Of a stretch of 64,000 nt of DNA, positions 34,550 to 52,411 are shown piece by piece. Below the pieces are notes generated by a model, which ran no database searches, was not told the origin of the DNA, and was given only the letters and a program-made list of their open reading frames with translations. Within the stretch, counting starts at the first letter, position 1. Every line of letters starts with the position of its first letter. The translations under genes and the position numbers were made by a program. Source of the DNA: the human T2T-CHM13v2.0 reference genome, Homo sapiens. The stretch lies in the NCBI RefSeq assembly GCF_009914755.1, contig NC_060931.1. One strand, given 5' to 3'.

Positions 34550-36400
34550 GTATCATTCACTCATTCAACAAATACTCATTGAGCACCTGCTATGAGCCAA
34601 CTTCTGTTTTAGACATTGGAGAAACAAGATAAACAAAACAGACAATGCCCCTGCTTGATGGGGCTAATGAGAGAAGGCTAGTGATAAATATTTTCTGTCT
34701 GATAAGTGCCGTGGAGAAAAGTGAGGCAGGATAAGAGAGTTAAAGAGCTAGAATGGTGGGAACAGAGAATCTTGTTATTTTATAGAGGAAAGCCTCCTGA
34801 GTAAGGTGACATTTAAGCTGAATCATGAAAGTAATGACAGAAGAAACTGCAGCTTTCTAGAGGAAGAGACTTCCAGGAAGAGAGAGCTTCAAAGTGGAAA
34901 CCTGCCTGGTATTTCAAGGAACAGTAAGGTGGCCAGCATGGCAGGGGCAAGGGGAAGAGCTGGGAGACAGGGCCAGAAAGAAAACCAGAACCAGATTACG
35001 TGGCATCATAATGTGAAAATATGTAGTTCAAAATTAAGCTGCTAGAACTGTAAAACACTTTGAGCCTTAAGGAAATGTGATCATGGGACCTGAGTCACAT
35101 AAACAGGCAGCTATAACCTAGACAGCTGCAGCTGTAACCTTTCTTTCTCTGGTTATAGATTAGCCTTTTTTTCCTTACCTACATTGTTTTGTAAAAAAAA
35201 AAAAAAAGTGGGGGGGCGGGGGGGATCACCAGGGAGGACCCCTTCCCTCTTAATTGTTGATCTTCATTGTAGATTAATTTTCCTCTTTCCTCTCTGACAT
35301 GAAGACTCCATGACTCTTACAGTACCTAAGATGGAATGTTAAATATACTGTTTGAAATTGGAAATGAAATTAAAACAAGCTATAAAGAAAAGAAAAGAAG
35401 CTGTATGGAAAATAAAATAAAATGTAACTACGTGGTAACTTGTAAGACAGCCTTGTATGGGAAGCGTTATAGTCTTACTAAATTTCTTTGTTTTCTGCCA
35501 ATATAAGCAAGACCTTAGCTTTTAATGTCAGAGCGCTGACCCCATTCCTTTGGAGTCTGCATCACCTGAATGGCAAGTCTCAGCTTTTCACTTGAGTAAA
35601 CTACTTTAAACTGTGTTCTAATCATTTCAATTATTTTGGGTTGCAAGCAAGTAAGACCTTTAGCCTTTATTCTCAATGAGAAGGGGAATCACTGCAGAGT
35701 TTTGAATACAAGAGTGATGTCATCTGAATTGTGTTATAGAAGGATTTATCTGGCTGCTGTTTTCGGAATAGATGATTGAGAGGTGGGGCTAGGAGACCGG
35801 TGAGGAGACCACTGACATCATCTGAGTGAGAAGCGAGTATAGCTTCCACCGTGGTGGTAGTGGAGGAAACGGTAAAATAAGGCCAGACTTTTCAAGTTTT
35901 CTGAAGGTGGAACCAATGGAATTTAAGTCAAATTGGACATGGGTTATGAGGAAAAGAGAGGGCATGAGAAAGATGGAGCTGGCATTTACAGATGTAGGAA
36001 AGGCTGAGAGAGGAACGGGTCTGTGGAGAGAAGACCAGGAGTTCACTTTGGACAGGAGAGTGTTGAGATATATCCAGGTAGAGTTGGTCGAATGTCAGCA
36101 TCTGGGGCTCAGGAGAAAAATCCAGCCGAGAGACGTAAGCTGAGAGGCACCAGCATGAGGATGCTGTTTCCAGCTGCAAGCCAGGAGATGAGATGATGTG
36201 GGGAACCCAGACACAGGAGAGGGGGCCCCAGAGGCTCAGCCCTGGGGCGCAGCAACACTGAAATCTGAGAAAGTGAGGAGGAACCAGAAGGAGTTGCTGA
36301 GGAGAGGCCAGCGAGGTAGGAGGAGAGAAACCGATGTTTGAGGAGTCAAATAAAAAACATCTATTTCAAGCAGGAGAAAATAAGTAACTTCCAAGCCCAG
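34550..36400 (-). mobile_element. L2 LINE 3' region split by an LTR
   Basis: CATTCACTCATTCAACAAATACTCATTGAGCACCTGCTATG L2 tail; L2 body resumes 35650-36400. Confidence 0.8.
35012..35645 (+). mobile_element. ERV1 solo LTR (LTR49/MER4-group-like)
   Basis: TGTGAAAAT..TTCAAAATTAAGCTG..GGGACCTGAGTCACATAAACAGGCAGCTATAACCTAG start, TTGCA end. Confidence 0.65.
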
Positions 36401-36459
36401 CTGATAGGACTAGAAGAAGGGGAGGAAGAATTATGGTTGTTCATGGGAGTGAGCCATGT

Positions 36460-36825
36460 GGACACAGACACACATACATACACAAACACAAAACATAGAG
36501 ACATGCAGACACACATATGCACACATACACACATATGTACACACATACATCTGCACACACGCACACACATGCACACACACATACACATACCTCTGCACAT
36601 ACATATACACACATGTGCACACATACATATGCACACACATATGTGCACACATATGCACATACATATGCATGCATACACACATACATGCACACACATACAC
36701 ATGTATATGCACACATACATATGCATGCACACATACATACATGTGCACACACATACATGCACACACATACACACATACATGTGCGTGCACACATACATGC
36801 ACATACATACATACATACACAAACA
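36460..36825. repeat. Degenerate (CA/TA/TG)n alternating purine-pyrimidine tract
   Basis: CACACATACATGCACACAC-type units over ~360 bp. Confidence 0.95.
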
Positions 36826-37144
36826 CCAGGTTTGTTCTAGAATGCACAGGTGCAAGAAACATCACCTTGATTTATTTTTCTAAATCATAAAAAGCTGACT
36901 CCCAGTGCCCTCTTTTCAAGGTGACGAAAATTCAATCTCAGCTACCTCTTGGGATATTCCTCTCTCCCCCAAAGAATAACTGTAATGAGAATAAAAAGAT
37001 CTTAAAGGGAGGACAAAGGATGGGGGGAAAGAAACCAATTTACTTTCTTAACCCAAAGGATTATGTACATTTTTGTTAATACATTATTTTCATAGCTGAC
37101 ATACGACCAGTTGTTGTGATAAGCTCTTTCTGGGCATTATCCCA

Positions 37145-37705
<561 letters not shown>

Positions 37706-38499
37706 TATATCATATAATGTCCACCACATATCCTATAAGGTGGGTAATAGTAAAAGCTTCCCATTATGAATGAAGAAACTGAGTCATGGTCACATTGCCA
37801 AGAAGGATGGAGCAGTGATGGGAGCAAGTGTAGATGCTCTGGAGTCCACAGTCCCAATGGTACAGATGATCATCTGATCATCTCTGGCTACTTTATATAC
37901 GGTGAGCATGTCCATTGATTCGCCACCTTGGCCCATGGTGTCGTTAATTATATGACATCTCTTCCCAGTGCTTTCTTTACATCTCCCATTATTGAATGAG
38001 TTAATGATAAAAACAGCGGTTTGCAGCCAAACATATGGCCCAATAACAGCCAGTATTTCATTATTACCCACCCAGGTTCAGAAGACGTTATCATTGTTAC
38101 TTACTTACTCATTTACTTTCTTCAATGTACCTAAAAGGTAATGAAGAGCACCATGACCTCATACACGAACAAAGAAGTTACGAATGAGTGATGTTAAATC
38201 TTGAAATATAAACTGTAAAGTTCAGGGCATGCTCCTGGAAAGCTATTCACTTGATTTTGTTCTTTTTCCAAGATCGAAACAAGAAAAATAATTCACCAGT
38301 GGAAAAAGGCACAAGTGGGCTTACCAGCCTTTCCGGTCATGCACCTCTAGTTTCTGACAACGTGTTGATAACTCCGTTCCACAAATACTTCATAATCATC
38401 ACACTGTGCTCTTCTTGCTATAGCAAATTATTTGAGAAAAAAAAAAAGTCACTGGACCCAGTCCTTATGTTCCGAGAACTTACAACCTCTGAAGAAATC

Positions 38500-38977
38500 A
38501 GTTCTAGATGAATCCACTATTTAAGCCTTATCACTGCAGCTGTGTGGGCTCCTGTCTTTAGTTTTTGGAATACATCCACTGGGGACCTGCCTTGAGACTT
38601 TTGCAGGTGCATGGACTTCCCAGCTGAGAGCAAGCTTTTCTTTTGCAAGGCCGGCTCCTTCTCAGCCTCCAGGCCTTGGCTTGTGAAGCCATCCCAGAAC
38701 ACTTACATAAGGAGTTTCACTCTCATTGCTCTCTTTCTCTGCATTGTGTTTTCCTCATAGCCCTGTTCACAATCTGCAATTATGACTTACTAATTACCAT
38801 ATATGATTTTAATATATGATTTGTTTGCGGTTTACAACACCTTTTTACAGGGCTCCCCCTTTAAGCTGGAAGCTTTAAGGAGACTGCTGTTTTCCTGTTG
38901 CTTTGCACAGGGGGCCTGGCACATAGTATGCACTCAATAAATACAAATGGAATGGACACGACTGAGTGAATGAATGA
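38500..38977 (+). mobile_element. L2 3' end
   Basis: GCCTGGCACATAGTATGCACTCAATAAATAC...GAATGAATGA. Confidence 0.7.
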
Positions 38978-38986
38978 TGGACATGA

Positions 38987-39424
<438 letters not shown>

Positions 39425-39789
39425 TTGTTTTGATTTCTAAACATGAAAACAAAAAGGCAAATAGGAAAACATTTAAAAAGCTGGCCTCACTAAACTAGAG
39501 AGTTTATTTTGCAGAATTGTGGGAGATGAGGTTGGCTGGATAAAGTAAGATCTGAATATAGACTTTCACTGAAGCTATGGCAAGGATCTCAGCACGCTAT
39601 TGACACAAAGACAGAGAGACCAGGGAGGCTGAGCCGAGAGTCCTGACTCAGACCCACACACAGACCGTCACTTCATTAACAATGGCACCACGGCCATTCC
39701 AAACGGACAGAAGGGTCTTTGCAATAAATGACGCTGGAGTCTTTAGACATCCACATGGAAAGAAAAACAGGAATCCTGATGCCTTCCAT

Positions 39790-40699
39790 CCTCATCGTGT
39801 TTTGAATTTTCTGTGTCTTATCATGTTTACATCTTGAAAATCTTGCTGGCCAGGGAGAGACTGCCCTTCCCAAGAGCTAGCTGACTCCTAAAGATGGAGA
39901 ACAACTGAGCTACAGACATGCCTCTCCTACCCAAGCTGACTCCCTCCTTTATCTAACACCCACACACCAAGCCACTGTTTCTCCTGCCCTAAATCACCCC
40001 AGGACCAGGTACCAGGCAACTAGCGACCACCCCTAGAGCACGGAACCCGCCAGGATTATTCAAATAGCCAGTCCTGAACTGTGGACTCTGACCTACCTAG
40101 TCCCTCCCTCAGAAACCCCAATCAAGACTATGACCTACGCGGGCCCAGTGGCTCAGTCCTGCAATCCCAGCACTTTGAGGGGGCCAAGGCAGGAAGATCG
40201 CTTGAGGTCACGAGTGTGAAAGCAGCCTGGGCAACATGGCGAAACCCCATCTCTACAAAAAAAAATACAAAAACTAGCCGGGCATGGTAATTAGCCTGCC
40301 TGTCGTCCCAGTTACCTGGGAGGCTGAAGTGGGAGGATCACCTGAGCCCAGGGAAGTAGTGGCTGCAGTGAGCTGTGATCGTCCCACTGCACTCCAGCCT
40401 GGTGACAAAACGAGACTCTGTCTCAAAAAATAAATAAGTCAATGAACAGGTAAATAAAAGACTGACCCAGGCCTTCCCCCTGCTCCTGCTGCTGCCCCCT
40501 GACCAAATCTGGTGCTCCCTGTGGGACCCTGCGTGGCATGGTGTGGCGTGGTGCAGCATGGCATGACGTGGTGCAGGGGTGTGGCATGGCGTGCCACAGC
40601 GTGCCTCCTTCTCTTGGGAATGTAAATAATAAATACTTCTTTCAATGGCATTGCCTTCTCTAGGACATTCCCTCACAAATTAAAATCCCCCCAGTACAA

Positions 40700-40700
<1 letters not shown>
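39790..40700 (+). mobile_element. ERV LTR (MER77/MER21-like) interrupted by AluJ (40141-40440)
   Basis: CTGCCCTAAATCACCCCAGGACCAGGTACCAGGCAACTAG; AATAAT/AATAAA near 40625. Confidence 0.5.
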
Positions 40701-41525
<825 letters not shown>

Positions 41526-41559
41526 GTTTTTTTAAGGAAAAGATAAACTCAAGATAGAA

Positions 41560-41863
41560 TTTTATTTTTTATTTTTTATTTTTGAGACAGAGTCTCTGTC
41601 TGTCACCCAGGCTGGAGTGCAGTGGTGCAATCATAGCTCACTGCAGCCTCCATCTCTGGGATCAAGCGATCCTCCTGCCTTGGCCTTCAGAATAGCTGTG
41701 ACCACAGGTACGCACCACCACACTGGCTAATTATTTTATTTTTAGTAGGGTTGGAGTCCTGCTAAGTTGCCCATGCTGGTCTCAAACTCCAGGGCTCAAG
41801 TGATCCTCCTGCCTCAGCCTCCCAAAGTGCTGGGATTGCAGATGTGATCCACCGTGCCTGGCC
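41560..41863 (-). mobile_element. AluJ
   Basis: CAATCATAGCTCACTGCAGCCTC. Confidence 0.9.
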
Positions 41864-42169
41864 TCAAGGAAGATTTTAAAAATAAAAGTTATGTTCCTGG
41901 ATGTTTGAATGCACAAGTCAACAGATAGGAGAAGAGGAATCTCAAAGCCCCATGACTGAGAATAGTGGTACCCTTGACGGAAATAGATAAAAATAATAAA
42001 TGGGCTGGGCGGCTGACCTCCATTGTTTGGGACATTTTGAGTTTGAGACAAGGGAAGGGGCCCTAAGCAGAAATGCCTTGCAAATGGGTGGAGATCCAGG
42101 ACGGGAACTGAGTTCACTACGGGAGCTGTAGACTTCCAAGGCTTCAACATGCAGTAGGTGAAGTATGAA

Positions 42170-42807
<638 letters not shown>

Positions 42808-43699
42808 TCAAGGAAAAGAAGATTATCAAAAGTACTCACATTCAAGATTACTCCTTGGATAATGTTCACAATTAGGAAAGATAAGGAATGTGGGCCCCAG
42901 AGGGGAGGTGATGTTTGCAGAAGACAATGGGATCTTGCTCACAGGGGCAGAAATGGATAGCGACGGTGACAAGGGAGGCCTTGGCTTTCTTCCTTCTCTC
43001 TTTTGTGACACCTGCATGGATTCTTCATTCCTTTTCGCCATTTATCGAAGTCCTCGCCTCTAGGAGATGTTGCAGTGAAAGTTTCCCTGAGAACAGTCAG
43101 CTCCTAAGCCCCCAGCCTCACCCAGGCCTCCAGCTGTCTCCATCTACCCCCTGTCAATTCTGAGTTCCCTTCATTCAAACGGAATTCAGACACAAAACGG
43201 TTTTTTAACTCGATTGGGGAATATCGTCACTCTTCTGTACTAGCCTAGAGATGGGCTGAGAGGTCATTTCGAATAATTATCACCTGATAATAGAGCAGAT
43301 GGCAGTCACCAAATCGGGCAGGCCCTACCAGTCGGCGTCTCTGCAGCTAATTCACCTTCATTCCTGGACAATTTATTCTAACTAGATTGCATTTCATGAT
43401 AGCCACTTATGTTCTCTGCTTTTCAAGGTGCCCAAGAAACTGCATTTCAAAGGATTTTAATTCTACAAGAAGCAGTTCCTCCCAAAGCTGTGACAATTGG
43501 CACGGATCCATACACCTAACACGGACCGACTGAGACATCACCATTGTCCTCAGTCATGGCTGGGTTTTTTTTTTTTTTTTTTCATTTTTACCTCTCTCTC
43601 TCTGCTTGAGCTTTGCCTCTCACCTACAACCTCCTTCTCACCTATGCCCCTCCAGTCCTCTCTGACAGTACCATATATATGCAGAGAGAGAGGGAGAGA

Positions 43700-43863
43700 A
43701 AGGTCTCAACAACCCTGACGTTATTCCATAGATAGACAGATAGATAGATACATACATACATACATACATAAATACATACAGATAGACAAATACATACATA
43801 CATACATATAGATACATATATGCATACATAGATACATAGAGATAGATAGATAGATATAGATAG

Positions 43864-43918
<55 letters not shown>

Positions 43919-44124
43919 ACAGCTACATGGAGAGAGAGAGAGATCTCAGTGGCTCTGACCTTATGCCAGAGAGAGAGAGATAGACAGACAGGTACATAGA
44001 GAGAGAGAGAACTCAAGAGCCCTGATCTTATGCCATAGATAGATACATAGATAGATATGGAGAGAGAGAGAGAGAGATCTCAATAGCCCTGACCTTATGC
44101 AATAGACATAGATAAATGATAGAT

Positions 44125-44168
<44 letters not shown>

Positions 44169-44452
44169 TGCTAGGCAGGTACATAGAGGGAAAAGAGAGA
44201 GAGAGAGAGATCTCATCAGCTCTGACCTTATGCCATAGAGATAGGTAGGTAGGTAGGTAGGTAGGTAGGTAGGTAGGTAGATAGATAGATAGATAGATAG
44301 ATAGATGACAGATAGACGATAGATAGATAATAGATAGATAGATACATATATATATATATATATATATACATAGATAGATACATAGAGAGAAACAAAAAGA
44401 GAGAGACAGATCTCAACAGCCCTGACCTTATGCCATAGATAGATAGAGAGAG
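43700..44452. repeat. Composite array: six ~30-bp units GATCTCAA(C/T)AGCCCTGACCTTATGCCATAGA separated by microsatellite spacers
   Basis: units near 43702, 43941, 44008, 44075, 44208, 44408; spacers (GATA)n, (CATA)n, (GGTA)n, (TA)n, (GA)n. Confidence 0.92.
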
Positions 44453-44709
44453 ATTATGCTGCCGTGGTAGTAAAGCTCTACATAGAATAGGTGCTGAATC
44501 ACTCTCCATTTTTAATGAATCAAATTCAGCAAACAGAAAAGCAACTCGATTACAGACATCACTTTTCCTACTTTATCCTGGCAGCCATTCCCGTTATCTC
44601 TCTCTATCCTTTAGTTTGATCCTTTTAATAAGAATTCTAAGGGAGCTGCCTACACTATGAAAATGCACCTCTCCCCAGGAAGCCAAACACTCAGGATGCC
44701 AGATGTGTG

Positions 44710-45008
<299 letters not shown>

Positions 45009-45297
45009 GGCAGGTATTACCTCTGTGAATGGGTCATTACTTTTAGGAGGGGAAGTGAATAGCCTATTTACTAGAGGAGAGTATGAAGGCAACAACATAT
45101 AATCACTTAATTTGGAGCAGACCTAGGCCTGAATCTCAGCACCTTTGATTTAAAGGGAAAAAGCAATTAAAGGCAGCTAGCTGAATGTTCTTTCAACTCA
45201 ATGAAGTCATTCAATCAGTACATAAAAAATGACTAGCTTCTGAAAGTATAATTTAATCCCAAGTTGAGGATAGAATAAAATGCAAAGATTGGCCTAA

Positions 45298-45743
<446 letters not shown>

Positions 45744-45819
45744 TTGCCCAGTATCTTAACCCCTCTTAGCATTTGACAAGTTCTCATCTTCTTGGGGAGT
45801 TGGGGGAGGGGATCCACAT

Positions 45820-45980
45820 GGAGTGGTAAAGACTGCTCCCACGACCAGGCCTGAAAATGCTAGACCTCATTTTCCCAGCTTCCTTTGCAACTCAAGCAGA
45901 GACATGTGACCTGCCCTCTCCAATCAGTACACACCTTGTGTTGACACCTGAGCTAGTGATATAGGAGGCCGGGGACAGGG
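45820..45980 (+). mobile_element. LTR33-like fragment
   Basis: CATTTTCCCAGCTTCCTTTGCAACT..CATGTGACC..CCAATCAG. Confidence 0.45.
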
Positions 45981-46459
45981 AGCTCTGTCATTACAGTGTC
46001 CTCACCAGAACCAGAACCGGAAATGTAGGGGAGTGCCTCCAACACGAGGATACTAGATATCTAGGGAAGGGGACATCAGTCAAAAAGAAAAGATCACAGA
46101 AAGGGTCAGAAAGACATCAACATCACAGAAGTGGCACAATTTCACTGGGAGGTGAATGAGTTCAACTCATAACAGAAGGGGCCTAAGATAGGGTCAGCCC
46201 TAGGAAAAATGAGAAATTTGCTTTTGATTTTTCTAGCTTATTCTGGAACTCTCCCTCCCTTCCTCTGTCATCTCCCCAAACATTTCTGAATGTCTAATAT
46301 ATACTTAGTGACCAGATGCCCACTAAGAGCCGCCCACCTGAGTCCCCAAGCCTCCTCAATTTTATAGGATTTTTCTTCTCCCAGTGTACAAAGTCGTACA
46401 AAGTCGAGCCCTCCGTTTGTAACTCACTTATAACTATATGGTGTCATGTTACAATTAGA

Positions 46460-46787
46460 GGCCAAGGTGTCTTATCTGAAACACTTGGGGCCAGATGTGT
46501 TTCAGAATTCAGCATCTTGCAGCTTTCAAAAAGATAATACATTGCGTCCACAGCTGCTCTGTAGTGCGTTAAAACCCCTGAGGGATCTGGATGCAGCACC
46601 CCATGATCAAAACCATTAATATTTCTGCAGCAAAAGACATGAATATTCAGAGTAAGTGGGGAAAATAATGATTATAAATAGTCTCTCATCAGCTCAGGTC
46701 AGGTTTTGCAGCTAACAGAGCTCCAAAAACTTTCAGTTTGCAAAACTTCTGAATTTTGGAGTTGCATGTAAGGACTGTGGACCTGTA
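46460..46787. mobile_element. MER46C-like (Tigger) DNA transposon
   Basis: CTTATCTGAAACACTTGGGGCCAGATGTGTTTCAGAATTC...GGACTGTGGACCTGTA. Confidence 0.75.
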
Positions 46788-46975
46788 TTGACACATCTTT
46801 CTACCCTACCCGGCTTAGCTGGCTCCCTACCCATCCATAGAATCCGACGTCTCGGTATAATGTCCGACTAAATAAATGATGAATGAGGTCAAAAAGGAAG
46901 TGTTGAAAAATCAAAATGAATCCCATATTTTTCCCTCCAAAGTGCTGCCCTCCTAGAGGAAACTGGCTGATCTGA

Positions 46976-47505
<530 letters not shown>

Positions 47506-47649
47506 ACTATCCATGCAAATGTCTTATTTGATGATCTGGATTCATTCAGCAAACAGTTACAGGGCTTCCCCCAAGTCCTGGGCACTGTGATTGTACTGGA
47601 AATTCAGCAATAAAAAAACAAGTTTCTGCCTTCATAAAGCTTACATTTT

Positions 47650-48524
<875 letters not shown>

Positions 48525-49236
48525 TCACCAGGTTCCCATGGGTACTTGAACCTATTCCTAGATTCCCAAGTCTATTCCTTGGCCTTTCTCTATTCCTGCC
48601 CCAAAGCCTTAGCCATCTCCACGAGCGCTGCTCTGTCATACATCTGAGTGTCTGCTGAGGCTAATGCTCCTTTGTTCTGATGGCTGTAACCTTAGAGGTG
48701 CCCCCCGACCTGAGATACTCGCCCCTCTCTCCGTGAGAGTTGGAAATTGTAAGATGCCAAATTGGGGAAAATAAGAGCCAGACTCCACCTGTATCATCAG
48801 AGTTTGCTCAGGAAAATAGAGACCGATTTAACATTTCCAGCTCGGAGAGACTTAATACAAAAAATTAGAGACTTAACAATAATAGCATGAGGAGGGAAGA
48901 GTTGGTGTTGGCTCAGGAAACTGGCAAAGGCTGCCAACAGTCTCAGCTGTTTTCATTTCCCCATCATGGGAAGTGCGTGGGTGTGCGCTCCAGCCCGCAC
49001 AACTGCGGGAGGGCAAGGCAGTAGGCAGGGGCCTCTGACCTTGCAGAGATGCCTCCTGCGGACCCTCGGTGGAGAAGCCATGTGAGTGAGAGATGACCTT
49101 TTGTTAGATTAAGCACCTCAGATTTGGGGCTGTTACCAAATCAAATCTATGTGAAAGCACAGCCTTTCCTGACTCACACAGTATGTTAGACTTCGAGTTT
49201 AAAAGGGAGGGATTCACTCTCTCTCTCATTCTTTCA

Positions 49237-49239
49237 ACA

Positions 49240-49283
<44 letters not shown>
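49237..49283. repeat. (CA)n microsatellite with one interruption
   Basis: direct reading. Confidence 0.95.
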
Positions 49284-49287
<4 letters not shown>

Positions 49288-49471
49288 CTGTTTTTCAAAC
49301 CAGCAACTAATTACAGCTGGTTACCTATGGGGCCAGGGAGGAATGGGTGGAGGGAACAGAGATGGAATTCCAACTTCCTTGAATATTCTGTGTTACATGA
49401 TTTTGCTATTGGAACCACGTAATTACTTAAAATAGCTTTCTTTAAAAACAAAATTAAATCAAAACAAAATA

Positions 49472-49880
49472 AGACAGGCAGTCTCCATGACTCATGCCTG
49501 TAATCCCAGCACTTTAGGAGGCTAACGTGGGAGGATCACTTGAGTCCAGGAGTTCGAGACCAGCCTGGGCAACACAGCAACACGTCATCTCTACTAAAAA
49601 ATGTAAAAGGTTAGCCGGGTGTGGTGGTACATGGCTGTAGTCCCAGCTACTCGGGAGGCTGAGGCAGGAGGAGCACTTAAGCCCAGGAGGTCAGGGCTGC
49701 AGCGAGCCAAGATCATTGTGCCACTGCACTCCAGCCTGGGTGACAGCGCAAAACTCAAGAAAGAAGAAAAAGAAAGAAAGAAGGAAAGAATGAAGGGGTG
49801 GGGGAGGGAGGGAGGGAGAAAGGAAGGAAGGAAGGAAGAAAGGAAAGAAGGAAGGAAAAAAAAGAGAAAAAATAAATAAA
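49472..49880 (+). mobile_element. AluJ with (GAAA/GGAA/GGGA)n polypurine tail
   Basis: dimeric Alu to ~49757 then purine repeat. Confidence 0.9.
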
Positions 49881-50401
49881 CAAAACAGTATAAGTAAATC
49901 CCTAAAAATTTGCACCAAACTGAAATGAAGGGGCCTAATTGTGCATAAAATTGATAGCATAAGCACACAAAGAAAAGAATTATTAAGAAATATTCCACAC
50001 AATTTTAGAATATGAGACTTTGAGCATACTTTCTTAGTGGGTCATATTTTGAGCACTAAAATAAAATAAAACTGCAGCCACATTTGTTTTGCTCTAGTGT
50101 TAAGTAATATTGATATTATTATTTTGAAACAAGCCAAGGTAGATCATAGGTGAAACAAGATTTTCACTATAAAAGGAAGGAAATACAACTGTAAAATTTA
50201 GAAAGTTTTTATTTGCTGGATTTTGTTTTTGAATATTAAATTTTAAACATTTAAGTTAAATAAATAGATTTTTTAAATTAAACTAATATTTAAATGACTT
50301 TAAATTTAAATGTTCAATAGTAACATAAAAATATGAAATACTGAATAGTGACACTTGAATTCTCAGAATGAACTTGTGATTTTCATAAGATGCATGTGTC
50401 T

Positions 50402-50806
<405 letters not shown>

Positions 50807-50989
50807 CTAAATATCAGCCTCCTCTAACAGGAACCAACATTCCTTGTAGAAACAGCTGACCCAACATCTGAGACCAAAGGGCATGTGATAAGCCTGGGAC
50901 ATTTTGTTTTTGCTCAAAAAGCAAGGTCATTGTCAAAGATTCATATGGCGACCTTAAAAGGACGAAGGGTCCAGTTTGAAAGGCCGCCC

Positions 50990-51945
50990 ACTTCACGCCT
51001 TTTGACTCTTTTTCAACTTGCATTAAGATTTCTTTGCTCATCCACAAGTTATTTAGCAGTGTGTTTTTAAATTCCCAACTTGTGAGCATTTAAAAATTGA
51101 CCTTTTTGTATTAACTTTTAACTTGGCCAGGTACCAGTGGCTCACACCTATAATCCCAGCACTCTGGGAGGCCGAAGCAAGAGGATCACTTGAGGCCAGG
51201 AGTTTGAGACCAGCCTGGGCAATATAACAAGACTTCATCTCTTAAAAAAAAAAAAAATTATCCAGGCATAGTGGCATGCACCAATGGTCCTTGCTATTTG
51301 GGAGGCTGGGGCAGGAGGATCACTTGAGCCCAGTAGGTCAAGGCCGCAGTCAGCTATGATTTGCACCACTGCACTCCAGCCTGGGTGGCAGAGCAAGAAG
51401 CTTCTAACTTCATAGCCATGTAATCAGAGAACAAAAGCTGTATGAAACCTGTTCTGTAAGATTTATGGAGGCTGCTGTGTGGCCTAGCAACCACACAATT
51501 AGTGTCTGCAGGTGGTCAGGGCTCTCTGTGTATCTAGCACTGAAGGCAGAATTCCATGTGGGTCAAGGTTGTGGCTTGTGCGGATCTCCCATATCTTTGC
51601 TCATTGATCACCTGATTGGCTTATCAATAACTGAAAGAATTGTAAGGGTCTATTTATCAATTTCCCCTGCAGTTCTGTCCATTTGTAGCTTCATCTGTCT
51701 AGGGATATTTTACCCAGTGTATCCCTGTATAGAATGGCTGTATCTTCTTGCTGAATAGAACCTATTACCATTATGCAGAGACCAACTCTATGCCTTCTAA
51801 TGCTTTTTGTCTTAAAGTCCATTTCGTCTAATATTTACCTAAGTACCACAGTCTTTTGGGTAGTATATTATTACGGCCAGATATTTTTCTCCATCCTTTT
51901 GTTTTCGACCTTTGCGTGCCCTCTGCTTTAGATGTACCTTTTAAA
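50990..51945 (-). mobile_element. Old L1M ORF2 fragment interrupted by AluJ (51125-51400, +)
   Basis: antisense L1 motifs e.g. CTAATGCTTTTTGTCTTAAAGTCCATTT. Confidence 0.55.
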
Positions 51946-52411
51946 ACAAGAGACAGAGGTGGAAAGAGTAGTTAGGATAATAGCACCCCCCTCCTCCTCC
52001 AGAGAAAGCTGTAAAATCACTGACTTCTGCAGACGTGGCTTGGATTTAAGGGAGGGGCCCACTTCAGCCCCTGCCCATCTTGTGGTTCCCTAGATGAAGT
52101 CAGAGAAATCAGATGGGGAAAGAGCAAATTCCACGTAAAAGAACCCAAGGAATCTGGGTATCTCCGGAAATGTAGAGAATGCAGGCGCCCTCAGTTCTCT
52201 TTCCTTCTTTTCTTTTGCTATATTTGGCCTTGGTTTTCGTTGCTTTTTAACTCTCCATAAGGTCAGACACAGAACTTGGGGACCAGAAACTGAAAGAGCG
52301 TGGGGGAAAAGAAGAACTTGGTAGAAAGAAACCCAGTGAAAAGCCACCCCATCAGGGCAGGAAGTGCCCCTTCCTGGGTCTGTTAGTTCTACACCACTCT
52401 GTGAAAGAGAC

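Noticed and set aside
36338-36890. His/Thr-rich and Cys/Val/Met-rich ORFs in six frames
   Set aside because: Produced by the stop-free (CA/TA)n low-complexity tract.
43700-44452. CRISPR array
   Set aside because: Primate DNA, no cas genes, and spacers are microsatellites of widely varying length.
46386-46406. GTACAAAGTC tandem dimer
   Set aside because: A 10-bp slippage duplication, ordinary.
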